A stretch of 64,000 nt of DNA from Octopus vulgaris (GCA_951406725.2 OX597822.1:88784001-88848000), one strand, 5' to 3'. Positions 25,534 to 39,790 are shown, counted from the first letter of the stretch. Numbers and translations are program-made. The notes: generated by a model from the sequence alone, not told the origin.

Positions 25534-26564
25534 CTGGAAAAAAAAAAGAAAAAATGAAATAAAATATATTACAGGATTGTGTGGGTATATCAAGATGGAA
25601 TTGATACTCCAACAAAATTTTTTAAAAAATTTATGTGATAACAAATAACATATTGATACAATATTTTGTTTTTGGATTTGGTTTGCAAGATTCTTTATAT
25701 GAGTTCGTGTGTTGAAGCATATTCTGTTGATGAGTGTGTTACATTATAAGGCACAAAAAGAAAATGACTCTTCTCAGACACAACAGAATATTGATACAAA
25801 TTGTTAAAAAAGAATCATGGCAACAGGATCCAGTCTGGTATATATTTTATTGGTATCTGTTCAGCAAAAGTTAGGTTTTCTTTTTTTCACATAAAATGAC
25901 GTGACTTCATATACCAGTAAATTTCAGATGTGTACAAACACATGGATATGCATATATACTCTTTTATGCCAGCACACAAAGCTGGCATGAATTGAATGGG
26001 GCAGCCTATTCATTTCATGTATAGTTACTACTCTCTGAGAAGGGGCAGGGGAAAACATCTAGCTTGTATTATAATATACTACTACTAGCACAACGACAGC
26101 AGCAGCAGTGGTGTTGTCATCATCTGTCTGTATTCTTGTTTTCAAGTAAGGAATTATTTTCCCATAGCCAGACATGTTTTCATGGAAGTTTGGAAACAAT
26201 GGACTCTGCTTGTAAGATGGTCACACTCATTTGTAGCTATCACACAACATAAAGACAAGGAAATAGTAACATGCACACATGTGCGTGCTACTGTCTCCTT
26301 GGTGGAAGTGGGTATTGAGTCCTTTCAATGAACTTCCAAAAAGTTTCTGTCACCCAAATTTCATTGACAGGACTTTGATGAACCCAAAACTATGATAAAA
26401 GACATTTGCTTATGATACAGCACAGAGGTGGTGGAGAGGAACAAACTCCCAAAGCAGATAGTTGTGAAGCTGGACTTCTGAACTATGAAGCTATACTTAC
26501 CATTTGTGAGAATGCCACAAAAATGACATGACAAAAAAATAGCAGAGAGGAAGATTAGCCTTAC

Positions 26565-26681
26565 CTTAGGTTTGCAATATGCTTCTAACCAACTTATCAC
26601 ACATGTTGAAAGTTCAGTAAAGTTGCTAACTGACACTGCTGATACAAAAGACTGGAATAAGGAGTCCATAATCTGCTTGAA
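26565..26681 (-). CDS. MLX: MLX coding exon (C-terminal DCD region)
   Basis: FKQIMDSLFQSFVSAVSVSNFTELSTCVISWLEAYCKPK; AG acceptor and GTAAGG donor. Confidence 0.96.
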
Positions 26682-28223
26682 CTATAATTTTAGGGGTAAA
26701 GAAACAAAATAAAAATAATGAACAAATCATAAAATTAGAACAAAAATATTGTAAGGAAAATGGTAAAACACATTGTGTGTATGTATATTTCTGTGTGGCT
26801 GAGTGCATGTGCCTGAGACTAGTGTGTAGCTTTGTGAGTGTATATGAAGATATGACTGGTTAGTAAGTTAAAAAGTTTAGGTCAGGTGGCTAAGTGATGT
26901 ATGTGTGTGAGCCTATGTCAGTGCATGCATGTGTGAGTGTGCATAGGTATGGCTGTGTGGTTAAGAAGTTGCTTCTCAACCACATGGCTTCTGGTTTAGT
27001 CCCACTGTGTGACACGCTGGCAAGTGTCTTTTATTATAGCCCTGGGCCAACTAAAACCTTCTGTGTAGATTTGGTAGATGCAAACTAAAAGCAGTCCATC
27101 TGAAGGACATCCAGCATGTGCGTGTACCCTTATCCTGACATCATGTGATGGTTGTAAATGAGCATCACCATTCTACAAATAGTGTCATTTGTTTCTAATC
27201 TTCTATAAGAAACATGTCTAGCCATGGGAAATATTGCCTTGCTTGAAAACAGTTAAGGGTTGTAGAATATCTGTCTCAACATATTCCATCTGATCTATGT
27301 AACCAAAGAAAAGTGGATGTTAAATAATGATGATGATGATAAATAATGATTTAATTTGTCAATACAGCCATATTGTTTTCTAAGCTCAACATAGAAAATT
27401 ACTTTTAAAACTGTAGACGATTTAAGCAACATACAAGTAAATTTTAATCTAAACTAGCTATGTTCTTCGTTGAATTCTAAAAGATGCCAACAGTTTCAAG
27501 TTTGACTTTTGTCTCTTTTAATGGATTAATCAGAAGAACAGCATCCACAATCCTTTTTAGGGCCTCAAGAATTTGATGAAAGGGAAGAAGTTATCCTGAG
27601 TCCAGAAGTGTGGCCTGAAAGCTTGAATAGTGCACCTTTGCTAAAGGTATCCAAGGACCAGGTGCCGATGTTTATCCAATGATTTAACCTTTTTCTTAGC
27701 ATATATTCAAGAAATATATTGCTTTTTTGTTTCAGTGAATTTTGAAACTTTTTATTATATAACCACTCTGCAGGGTGGTTGGTGTTAGGAAGGGCATTCA
27801 ACCATAAAACCCATGCCAAAACAGACACAGAGACCTGGTGTAGCCTTCTACTTGGCTGGCTTTTGTCAAACCGTCAAACCCATGCCAGCATGGAAGGCAG
27901 ACATTAAACGATCATGAGATGATGAGCAGTTTCAGGTGGTTTGGTATCAAAAGGGTTAAATTTATTATCCAAGGACTCCCAACTAAATTTCAGTCACAAG
28001 GTGTTGGACAAACCTGAACTTATGGTAGAAGACACTTGATTAAAGTTACCATGCAGTGAGATTTAACATGTAATTATCTAGCTGTGCTTTATGGTTCAAT
28101 TAAAATGATCAGGCACTGTGTAAAGAACAAGTTTTCACTGGTACCACAATGATGCAATAGGCTATGAGACATTTTCCTGTAACACACTCAATACCAAAGT
28201 TATTAGAAAGAAAATTTACTCAC

Positions 28224-28308
28224 TACTTGAAATTTGACTTCGTCAGAAACCTGATTTTGTCCAGCAAGAGGTGTGTTTTGGTGAGATTTCAAAATTTGTT
28301 CATAGTTG
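28224..28308 (-). CDS. MLX: MLX coding exon
   Basis: NYEQILKSHQNTPLAGQNQVSDEVKFQV; AG acceptor and GTGAGT donor. Confidence 0.96.
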
Positions 28309-28735
28309 CTAGAAATCAAATATATTTAACAATTAAAGTTGAAAATAGACAGCCTAAAAATACCAATTACTGTGCATAAACAATTCTAATATTAAACATA
28401 TTTTTATGTTTCATATCTCTTAAGCATTCATCCTAGCATTTATTAAACAGATCAATGAAATTTTGTTATCATCATCATAATCTTTCTCGAATTTCATTCA
28501 TTCTAGAATAGACAAACTTTCCAAGTACATCTTCAATATTTACATATTTAGAAAAGAAAAGAAAGGCCGACACTTAATTTCATATAACTTTGATACTGTT
28601 CTATACATTGCTTAGAGGAAACATTTTGCTTTCATCTTTCTACCACATAGATTTGGAGGAGACTCATTATAACAACATAGCTGTTTTGTAAGTCTAAAAT
28701 ATTTTAAAATTGGAAATAAAAAGATTGCTACTTAC

Positions 28736-28835
28736 GCTTTCATAATCTTCAAAGCCATAACTTCTTTTCTGAGAGTATCAAGAGCCAGCTCCTGTTTAGA
28801 TTTCTGATCCACCAAGAAGCTAATATATTCTATGG
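28736..28835 (-). CDS. MLX: MLX coding exon (helix 2 and leucine zipper)
   Basis: (S)IEYISFLVDQKSKQELALDTLRKEVMALKIMK(A); AG acceptor and GTAAGT donor. Confidence 0.96.
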
Positions 28836-28967
28836 CTGAATAAGTAAAAATAATAAAATCATTAAAAATAGTTTAGTTCTAATGCATGTATTATATCTAA
28901 AGAATTGAATAAAGTTTGTTTCTATTACATTCACCATTATCATCAAGATTGTTTCATTGTGATTATT

Positions 28968-29520
28968 TTAACCTCATGGCAACGGTTTCTTTTTATCAAC
29001 CAACTAGATTGCATTGACAGTAATCATCTTGGTTGAAATCAGCAATTAGCACACAACAAGGGTTTGGCATACATTTACGTCAATCACTTTAGCCAACTGA
29101 GCTCAGCACTCAGTGCAAGAGAATGTTTGGTGTATATTTAAGTCAACCACTTTAGTGCAAGTATTGTTTATTTACTTAAACTATATCCCTGTGCAGGACA
29201 TTCATATAGTATTATTCCTGAATAAGATCGCTTGGCAGCACAAGTCAGATCAACTTCGAGTATTTACAATCACATGAATTCAAAAATTTGACTTTGGTGT
29301 GGTAGAGTTCAAAACAGAGTACCACACACGGTGGCATATCATATTGTGAACAATGGTATCTAGTTTCCTTATGTTTCCCTTTTGCTTTACAAACTGTACA
29401 TCTCTTTGAAACATTTGTCTTCTTGGCAGTGGGGGGAAACAGTCGAGGAAAATGTCCACATCCCTTTACCATGTGATGAGGAGAGAGTCCAGCATAGGGA
29501 CATTCATGCATTCAGTACTT
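28968..29520 (-). mobile_element. piggyBac transposon 3' relic (Cys-rich C-terminal domain) in an MLX intron
   Basis: HFP..PPTAKKTNVSKRCTVCKAKGKHKETRYHC..PCVVLCFELYHT; TTAACC terminus at 28968. Confidence 0.85.
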
Positions 29521-30475
29521 TGGCAGGTCTGATGCTTCTATCATTTCAGGGAACAATAGATTCCGAAATATCAATCCCTTCCCCACACCGCCAAGCACCT
29601 GCCAAATTAAATGTATGATAGTGATAATCATTTACAACTATCAAGTGATATCAAGACAATAAGACAAAAAACACACAAATACACACACAACAGGTTTCTT
29701 TCAGTTTCTATCTACCAAATCCAGTCACAGGCTATAGTTGAAGACACTTTCCAAAAGTATCATGCAATGGGACTGAACCAAAATCCATGTGGTTGGGATG
29801 CAAACTTCTAAACCACACAACCATGCCTGCACCTTGAAATAACTAAAGGGCTACAGACACTGCCTTTTCCAGCTAGACTAAATGGTAAATTAAGTTTAAT
29901 ACCTGGTAGTATTTAGTAAGTGGAATAGTTCCCTAAAAAGTGACATAGCCATTTGTTAAATTAAGAACCAGACTAAGCACCAAGGTCAGTACAAATCTTT
30001 TAAAAGTATTAAAGATGGTGCTCCAGTATGGCCTCAGTCAAATGACTGAAACCAGAGTGAAAGATGAAGAATTGGTGATGAGAGGAGTAGTAGGCAACAA
30101 CTGTCAAATTTGAGTAGGGCTGAAGAGTAAACATGGTGGATATGGGGTGGGTGATTAACAATGCAGCATGAGTTGCGGGAGGTAGGGGGAGTAGACAACA
30201 GATGGTAGAAAAAGAGAAGGAGAGTAACACAGAAGTAATGATGAAAGAGTAAACAAACAAAAGACAGGAAATAACATGTGATTGGGTGCATTGCAGGAGT
30301 TGAGAGTGGGAGAGGCAGGCATAGTGCATGAGGCGAGTAAGAGGCGTATGGTGGTAGAATATATGTATATACACCATGGATGGGGTAATAATATATTCTA
30401 TCCTTCCACCTTTAACTAATGTGCTAAGACTGAAAAGAAAAAAAAATCATTCAACAAATGTTAAAACCAGCTCAC

Positions 30476-30572
30476 ATTTTTGCAAAACTGATGCCTTGCT
30501 AAGTTTCTGAGATCCCAAACTGTCAGGTTGTTGGCATTTTGGCACTATCGTCTGTAAGTCATCGTAACCTTT
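30476..30572 (-). CDS. MLX: MLX coding exon (helix 1-loop-helix 2)
   Basis: KGYDDLQTIVPKCQQPDSLGSQKLSKASVLQK; AG acceptor and GTGAGC donor. Confidence 0.97.
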
Positions 30573-30914
30573 CTGCAAAACAAAGAAAATGATTTTCAAT
30601 ACACTTTAGCTTTGGTATATAACAAGAAAATCATTTCAAGTTACAAAAATATCATTTAAAACAAAGGCATCTCAAAATAACTTACACAAAAATCTGAATT
30701 GCATTATATAACACAACAGTTGTTATCCAAAAGGGTGGGGGTTTGGATCCATCCAAGGACATTATGAATACCTAAGGTAGGAGCATTAGTGCACCAAACA
30801 AAATGCATAACAGCATTTACTCTCACTTTTTACATTCTGAGCTTAAATCCCACCAAAATCAATTTTGCCTTTTGTTCTTTCAGGATTGACAAAATGTACC
30901 AGTCAGGTACTATG

Positions 30915-31240
30915 GAGACCCCCTTCGGTCATGAATGATTGCACCTAAAAAGTTACTCTCGAAGGCATAAGTCCGGGCAAGGTTGTTTAGTGAAGACCAG
31001 CAGTCGCCCATACATACTGGCCTCTCCTCTCCACGCCACCAGTGTTATCCAAGGGAAAGGCAAAGGCTGATACAGCTTGGCACCAGTGACATTGCAACTC
31101 ATTTCCACAGCTGAGTGAACTGGAGCAATGTGAAATAAAGTGTCTTGCTCAAGAACACAACACACAGCCCGGTCCAGGATTCTAACTCCCAACTTCATGG
31201 TCGTAAGTTAATGCTCTAACCACTGAGCCATGTGCCTTCA
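30915..31240 (-). mobile_element. tRNA-derived SINE (family A)
   Basis: Homologous to 855-1180. Confidence 0.8.
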
Positions 31241-31640
31241 CTAGTCAGGTACTGGAGTTGATATAACTGACTTGCCCACTCCATAAAATTTACCTCAGAC
31301 AATTCCACAGCATGTTTCTTTCTAACAGTATATATACCTTTAGTATGGTGATATGTTTTGGAACATATATATATATATAAAGAAAGAAAATATAAAGAAG
31401 TGTGTATTAACGTGCCATGAAAAGAAAAGACAAGCATTTCAAGTCAGACTTTCAGCAGCAGGAGTCTCTACTTCTCATGGCACACTTAACATAATACCTG
31501 ACTTGCTTAAATTTAAATTGGTTTCCACTGATAAGGACCATTACTCACCTACCAATTCTAATCACTACCATTTCATTTTACCATATTCTTTTTCAGACTT
31601 ACACAATAACAAAAAAAGAAAAGATATGAAAATAAATTAC

Positions 31641-31741
31641 TTTGATAGCATCTCTGCGTTTCTGTTCAGCTTGTGTGTGAGCTTCTCGTCTGCGATCTTT
31701 ATAACTCATCATAGTAGTTCGGCTGTCACTATCTTCATCAT
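31641..31741 (-). CDS. MLX: MLX coding exon (basic region and helix 1)
   Basis: DDEDSDSRTTMMSYKDRRREAHTQAEQKRRDAIK; canonical AG/GT; near-identical to the MLX/bigmax basic region. Confidence 0.97.
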
Positions 31742-31788
31742 CTGAAAATAGTTTGAAATTCCAAGTAAATGCAAAATCTTATTACCAA

Positions 31789-31829
<41 letters not shown>

Positions 31830-32208
31830 TTTTATTCTTTCAGTCATTTGACTGTAGCCATGCTGGAGCACCGCCTTTAGTTGAGCAAATCGACCCCAGG
31901 TCTTATTCTTTGTAACCCTAGTACTTATTCTATCGTCACATTTGCCCAACTGCTAAGTTATGGGGACATAAATACACTGGCATCGGTTGCCAAACGATGT
32001 TGGGGGGGACAAACACAAACACATACACACACACACACATATATATGAGGGGCTTCTTTCAGTTTCCATCTACCAAATCCACTCACAAGGCTTTGATCAG
32101 CCCAATGCTATAGTAGAAGACACTTGCACAAGTTGCCATGCAGTGGGACTGATCCTGGAACCATGTGGTTGGTAAGCAAGCTACTTACCACACAGCCACT
32201 CTTCCGCT
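31830..32208 (-). mobile_element. tRNA-derived SINE (family B)
   Basis: Homologous to 4336-4712. Confidence 0.8.
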
Positions 32209-33024
32209 TATATATATAATTCAATTAGAAATTATGTTAGTCTCATGAAAGGATGGGTCATCCAAGGAAATATTGGTTCAATACCTAATATTTTGGGGAA
32301 ATTGATTTCCTTAAAATAGCAGGTGCATATATAAACTGTAGTTTATATTCATATAAAGAAAGAAGAAAAAAATGGAGATTGTGAAGTTAAAGTTTATCAT
32401 CAACAACAAATTGATCGTTATTCCTTAAAGCTGTTTCAATCATACAAAGTGAATTAATTAAATATTAAGTTACTTCTGAGCATAATCTCTTCAGAGTGAA
32501 AAAATTTACCATTAGATGTTTTGTAAGTGTATATATACACATGTATGTGTGCTGGGGCATGAGCACATACTCATAAGTGACTAGGTATGTAAGTGTGTAC
32601 TTATATTCTTGTGCAAATATGTGCATGTATGTCTACATTCAAGTATGCATAAGTATGTATATATATGCACATATTCGTATGTACATGTATGTGTGTGTGT
32701 GTATATATATATATATATGTATGCGTGTATGTGTATGTACAGGTGGTAACATGTTTATGAATATATGTGTATGCCTGTGTATGTGCATATATATATATAT
32801 ATATATACGAGAGTGTATGCCTGTGGATATGAGTAGGTGTGTGTACTGAGATGTGAGTGAGTGTATGTATGGTGGGACATACATATACACAATATATATG
32901 TGTGCATATATGCATCTGTATGTGTATGTATTCGTATACATGAGTATATGTGCACACATATGTACGCGTGCGGGTATGTATGTATATATATGTATGCATG
33001 TGTATATGTGTGTACATGTGTATG

Positions 33025-33080
<56 letters not shown>

Positions 33081-33304
33081 GGTGTATGTGTATGTGTGTG
33101 TGTATGCGTGTGTATACGCATCTATATGAATATATGTATCTGAGTGTATGGGTACATATGTGCATGCTTGTACTTGTGTAGGTACGTGCCTATGTATATA
33201 TAGTAACAAACTAAGGAAAAGAGTCCCTTCAAAGGGTGCATTAAACATCCAATTCACTGGTACATCAGTTGAATATCATATAAATATGGGTATAATACAA
33301 TTAC

Positions 33305-33947
33305 AAAGATAAATTAGAGAGATACTATTGACAATCTAATAATTTATTTATATTATAATATTACATAATATACTATGAATATAATATAACATAATATTTA
33401 TATAACATAAACAATTATTAAAATAACCAAAAAGGTCAACAAATTGTTTTGACTTATATACACTTTCTGATATATATATATACACACATACATACATACA
33501 CAATAACAGTTTCCTTATATATATGTCACTTCAGGGTCATTGTTTAAAGATAATTCTTTTAATATCAATTAATTTAAATTAATAGAAGAGTTGTATTGAA
33601 GATGTAATTGTTTATATATGTTTTGCTGCAGTTCTAGATAGATAATTATATACATATATATATATATATACACACCTATCTATTGTTGTATGTTGTGGTG
33701 ACGAGGGACTCTCTTGGACATGAACGGGTTTCGATGGTTGTGGATTGCACTTACTTGGTCGTATCGTCCGTTAGTGTTTTTGTTGCTTCTAATTGTAATT
33801 GATGTATGATTGAATAGTTAACACTCATGCTCATATTACATAGACTTTTGAATTAATTTTTACAATCCAGCCATCCTTTCACATGGGATTTCATCTATTT
33901 TTAAACAATGACCTTGAAGTGACTTATATATATAAGGGAGCTGTTAT

Positions 33948-34002
<55 letters not shown>

Positions 34003-34160
34003 AAATGTATATAAGTCAAAACAATTTGTTGGCCTTTTGGGTTTTTAATAATAACTGTTTGTTATATAATATTATGTTATATTATATTCATAGTATATTG
34101 TGTAATATAATATAAATAAATTATTGGATTGTCAATAGTATCTCTATTTAATTTATCTTT
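33305..34160. repeat. Diverged ~250-bp inverted repeat, probably an old Penelope-like inverted pLTR
   Basis: Arms ~33305-33552 and ~33896-34160; each arm has decayed hammerhead-like halves ((C/T)TGAAGT ... AAAACAATTTGTT) separated by a microsatellite. Confidence 0.7.
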
Positions 34161-35159
34161 ATATATATATACATATATATATATGTATGTATGTATGTAT
34201 ATACACACACATACATATATATCATCATCGTTTAACATCCATTTTCTATGCTAGCATGTGTTGGACCACAGTCTCCAGCAGCTTCACATAGCCATCTGAA
34301 TAGAGTCTTAAGATCTTATTCAAATGTATGGGGATGAATTCTGGCATGCAGACACAGTCAGGCCACAGCTTCGTAATCTTCATTGCAATTGTCCATGCCA
34401 TGTCTTAGAGCCTTTACAGTGTTCACAGAGTATTGAGCAGCAGTTATGATGTCAGCATTTTGATACCTGGTGTGAATCATTATAATACAGGTAACTTTTT
34501 ATCAATATTCAAATGGCTGCCTGTTCCCTTATGTCAGCTAACTTTTTCTCAACTACATCTTTAATCCTTATGCTTTTCGATGTCATTGACTGTTCACCAA
34601 TACATCAAGCTGTTCCAGAAAAAGGGAGACATAAAAAAGGGTCGAACTTAGCCTAAATACCCCATACAGTCCCTAAACCTGTATATAGGCTGGAATAAGG
34701 CACCTGATAACAACAAAGTTTAAAACTTAGCATTGATACATTTTTAATGAGTAACTTTGTATTTCAGCTGAAGTTCAATCTAATCAAAATTTTGGAGAGG
34801 CTTAGTGAAGTATATCTATTTTTTTTTAATATGTTGGTGTTGGCTTAAATAATATGGGTGGTTTTGACCAACTGAAATATCATATGCAAGTTTTATTGAG
34901 ATTTCAGTTTTAAATATAAACACTTTAGTAAGAGCAGCCTCAGTTGAGGTATTAAGTGGATTAAGTATTGAATTAATGGAAAAAAAACTGCTGATTTTTA
35001 ATATAAGATTGCATTGAAGATTTCCTCTATAATGGCTTTCTAACTTTTCTTTATTTAATAAAATTAACCACATTCCAAATCAATACACGTTAATTTTCTT
35101 TCGATTAGTTTTAATACAGTTTCAATAAATGAAATAATGAAAAGCATTCAATAACTGAC

Positions 35160-35286
35160 CTGTGTTGTATGCAGAAGATGCAGATGAGACACATCCAGGT
35201 GCAATGGAACCTGAACTATTGTTGTGAGAGAAAGGAAACCGTTGGCTTCCATTTGGACTTGCTTCAATCTTTAAATCACCATCCAT
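35160..35286 (-). CDS. MLX: MLX (Max-like protein X) first coding exon (exon acceptor at 35288, ATG at 35286)
   Basis: MDGDLKIEASPNGSQRFPFSHNNSSGSIAPGCVSSASSAYNT; AG acceptor and GTCAGT donor; resembles the Ser-rich MLX N-terminus ending SASSxxNT. Confidence 0.85.
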
Positions 35287-35527
35287 AACTGAAATAAATC
35301 AATATATACATTTTTGTGTATGCTTCTTTACAAAAGTAGTATTCCCAAAACAAAACAAAGTAATAGATCTGAAATCTGACAGAAGACCAAAGGGGTCTTT
35401 ACCTTTACCATACCAAACTTAATGGGGTAGAATAATTGATAGAAATAAAAGACTGTATTTACCATATATAAATAACTGAGCATATACCAATAATAAATTT
35501 TTGAAATTAAACACACTGTGGATTAAT

Positions 35528-36780
35528 CATCATCATCATTTAATGTCTGTTGTCCATGCTGGCATAGGTTGGACAGTTTGACTAGGGCTGGCAAGCTGGA
35601 AGGATGCACCAGTCTGTTTTGGCATGGTTTCTATGGCTGGATGCCCTTCCTAACGCCAACCACTCCCAGAGTGTAATAGGTACTTTTACGTACCACCAGC
35701 TCAGATGCCATTTGCATGACACTGGTATCTGCCATAACTGTAGTTTTACTTGGCTTGATGGGTCTTCTCAAGTAAAGCATAATACCAATTAATCTCAGTC
35801 CTTGCCTTCATGAGCCCCAATGCTCAAAAGGTGGCTTTACATACCACTGGCACGGATGCCATTTGTGTGACACCGGTATCTGCCACGACTGTGATTTTAT
35901 TTGGCTTGATGAGTCTTCTTTTCAAGCAAAACATAATGCCAAAGGTCTCAGTCATTGCCTCTGTGAGGCCCAACATTCAAAAGGAGCTCAATCACTTTGC
36001 CTCAGTGAAGCTCAGCGCTCGAAAGGTGCTTTTATACATGCACCTGCACAGGTGCCGGTTATGCGACACCAGCATCAGCCACAACTGCCATTTCACTTGG
36101 CTTGATGGGTCTTCTCAAGCACAGCATATCACCAAAGGTCTCGGTCACTAGCCATTGCCTCTATGAGGCCCAAATTTCAGAGATCATGCTTCACCACCTC
36201 ACCCCATGTCTTCCTGGGTCTACCTCTACCACAGGTCTCCTCCACAGTTAGGGACCGGCACTTCTTTACACAGCTGTCCTCGTCCATATGCATTACATGA
36301 CCATACCAGTGCATTTGTCTCTCTTGCACACTACATCTGATTCCTCTTATGCCTAACTTTTCTCTCAAGATACTTTTACACTCTGTCGAACATGCACACT
36401 GACTTTGCACATCCAGCAAAGCATACTGGCTTCATTTCTATCAAGCCTATGCATGTCCTTGGTTGTCACAGCCCATGTTTCACTGCCATGTAGCATAGTT
36501 GTTTGTATACAGGTATCATACAATCTGCCTTCATTCTGAGGGAAAGGCCCTTTGTTGCCAGCAAAGGCAGGAGCTCTCTATACTTTGTCCAGCTTAATCT
36601 TATTCTGAGAGCTATGCTACTAACTTGATCACCTAGATAAAATCGGCTATCTACTACCTCTAGCTTACCCCCACAGCAGTTGATGGAGTCTATTTCCTGT
36701 ATATTTTCGGTGTTTATTGTACCTGTGCATCTATCACACACAAAAGCTGTTTTCCTTGTTAACCTTCCTATGACATTACA
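35528..36780 (-). mobile_element. RTE-clade LINE 3' fragment
   Basis: Decayed FYLGDQVS, RELLPLL, WYGHVMHM and GRGRPRKTW motifs; (ATG)n tail. Confidence 0.9.
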
Positions 36781-36841
36781 GCAAAAAATATTGTAAAAAT
36801 ATATTCACTGAAATGTATGCTGACATACTTCAAACAAAGAT

Positions 36842-36881
<40 letters not shown>

Positions 36882-37590
36882 AATGTAAGCAAAAGGGAAG
36901 CTTCACATTATTATTGTAAAATATTGCACAAAACTTGAAGAACTTAAAAACAGATTAGGAATAAATAGTATCTGCTGACAATTATGGATATAGTTGAATG
37001 GAATGTTTGACTTTGTATGATGTCTGTGACATGTAGTGTATTTTAACCAATATATCAAATATCCATCACTCTTAGCAGTCTACAGATGCGATGAGAATAG
37101 AGACATGACTAAACTGAATATTTTTAATGTAGTTATGTGTGTTTGTGCAAGAGAATAAATAATAGCATGTTACTGAACAGAATGTCAAAAGTAAGTAATT
37201 CTTCCAGAGTAATTATATTCTACACTGAAAGTAAATACATAATTTAACCAAATAATAAAAACACCTCCACTTTTACCAATCAGTACATACACTAAGAGAT
37301 AGAATTTTAAAGGATGAGTCAAAAAAGCATTCATTCTTTAATAGCTGTTTGATAGCATACCTAATAGTAACAAACAATCTCCAAGCCAACGAGGGAGTTA
37401 AACCTGTTAAAAACAACAACTAAATCTTCCTTAGATCACACCCTACCATATTAAAATTAAATTGCTAACAATCTTAAAAATAATGTATTTAAAAAATTAA
37501 AAAAAGGATTTTCATAGGTGTGTGAGAGGAGAGTGACAGATGGTTAGAGATGGGTGTAGAGGTTAATGTGGAGGAGTGGTTGATGATAAA

Positions 37591-38904
37591 GGCAATTTGT
37601 CCCTCGTCACCAACTACAGGGGCATATCTCTAATGTCAATTGCTGCAAAACTGTACAACAAACTGATCCTAAATCGTCTTGTCCTTTTTGTTGAACCTTT
37701 GCTCCGAAAAGAACCAAAATGGATTCAGACATGGGTGCTCAACGCTGAGCCAGATACTATGCCTGCGCAGACTTATTGAAGAATCAAAAGCATTTAATCG
37801 CGATCTTGCAATGGTATTTGTAGACTTTTCTAAAGCGTTCGATTCTGTAGATAGGTACAAGATGTTTGAAATCCTTAAGCTCTATGGGATACCAGACAAA
37901 ATTATTTCTGCCATCAAGGTCCTCTACACAGATACGTCTTCAACCATCTTAACCCCTGATGGAGAAACATCATCTTTCTCGATCGAGGCCGGAATACTGC
38001 AGGGAGACACACTCGCCCCATTTCTTTTCATCATTGTTGTTGATTATGTGCTACGTATGTCAGTTGATACCATCTCTGGCAAGGGCTTTGAAATAAAACC
38101 AAGAAGAAGTTCCAGACACCCCACCCAGCTGAGTACTTGACAGACACTGACTTTGCTGACGACATCGCTCTTATCAGTGATTCTCTCTCCAATGCCCAGT
38201 CTCTCTTACAATCTCTTGAACAAGCCTCAAATTGTGTAGGTCTTTACCTCAATGAGACCAAAACTGAATACATAAACAAGTGCCTGTCCAACAGTGATTG
38301 CATCATCCACACTCTCAACAGTGCACCTTTAAATATGGTTTCTGATTATAAATATCTTGGGTCATACATATCATCATCTGGAAAAGACTTTCTAACTAGA
38401 AAGGGTATGGCCTGGTCAGCCTGTAATGACATGCATAAGATCTGGTCATCAAATCTAAGTATATATTCAAAGCCACAGTCGAACCAATCCTACTATGTGG
38501 CTCAGAAACCTGGACGTTATCAAAGAAGCTTGAGAGGCGGTTGGATGGAACCTACACTCGCCTCCTTATGAGAGCTCAAAATCTCTCGTGGAGGCGCCAT
38601 CCAACTAAAATGCAAATATATGGGAAATTACCACCTGTGTCATCTCTTGTGAAAGGTAGGAGAGTCCAGTTTGCTGGACATTGTTGTAGAGCTGAAAAAG
38701 AAGTAATTTCTACTCTTCTCCTCTGGAAGCCATCTACTCGCAACACCAGAGGGCGCACACTCTCCTACCCTGATGTAATCTCCAGGGATACAGGCATCCA
38801 GCAACAGGACCTCCGTAATGCTATGATGGACCGTGAAGTCTGGCGCAACATGGTAAATTCCATTGTCTCGACCACGGTCGAACAATGATGATGATGATGA
38901 TGAT
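37591..38904 (+). mobile_element. 5'-truncated RTE-like LINE, RT domain nearly intact
   Basis: NYRGISL, QNGFR, FVDFSKAFDSV, GILQGDTLAPFLF, DFADDIAL and YKYLGS motifs across a few frameshifts; (ATG)n tail directly after the stop; 10-bp TSD TGATGATAAA. Confidence 0.93.
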
Positions 38905-39715
38905 AAATAGTATGAGAGGAGAGAAAGAATTGGAGTGACTCAGGAAGGGAGAGAGGATAAGTGACTGAAAGGGAGGAGAACAGCACTGCAATAAGCCTGT
39001 AAATATATCAGAAATGGAGTGCAGGGTGAGACAGTGACAGAGATGGATGAGAGAGGTATGTAGAGGTGGCTATAGTGAGTGGGGGAAAGCCATGGGCAGC
39101 AGATATGGCAGGGTGATGAGAATGATAGGAAATAAAAGAGGTGTTAAAGATTAAGTATGGCAGTCCTACGACTTATCTCAGAGGAGGGGGAGATAACTAA
39201 AGACACAGATTGGTAGACAATAAAGTGGGAAGGGATGATATTGAGAGTGAGGAAATGGAATCAAAAGGAGCACACACACACATAGAGTTATTCTTAACTT
39301 ACTACTGGATTGGTCAAAACTGGTATCACAAAAGGAACTGTCAGACAGATGTCTCTGAAAGAATAATAATAATGAATAAATAAATAAACTGCTAAGATTT
39401 TTCAATATAATTCAACAATTAAGTCTTAGATAAAGTTAATGTATTCATAATTAATTAAAATAAGCATTGATTTACTAGAAGTTCCCTTGACATCTACTGG
39501 CAGACAATAGTAGTAGTAATAGATAACAATCCTCATTCAGCTTCCTTGCTGGTATGGAATGAAAACTTATGATAGCATGAAATTATAACATTATCATTAC
39601 TTTATCTTAATTAGCATAAGTGAAACTGGTCTTAGTAAATATTTAATTTCATAAAAAAAAGTATTTTTCCAACGTAAAATTTCTGTACATTTTCCTTTTT
39701 CTTTTAATATTTTTT

Positions 39716-39786
<71 letters not shown>

Positions 39787-39790
<4 letters not shown>

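Noticed and set aside
26361-26564. C-terminal part of ORF 26361-26669
   Set aside because: Read-through past the GTAAGG donor into an intron; MLX similarity continues in the 25468-25533 exon.
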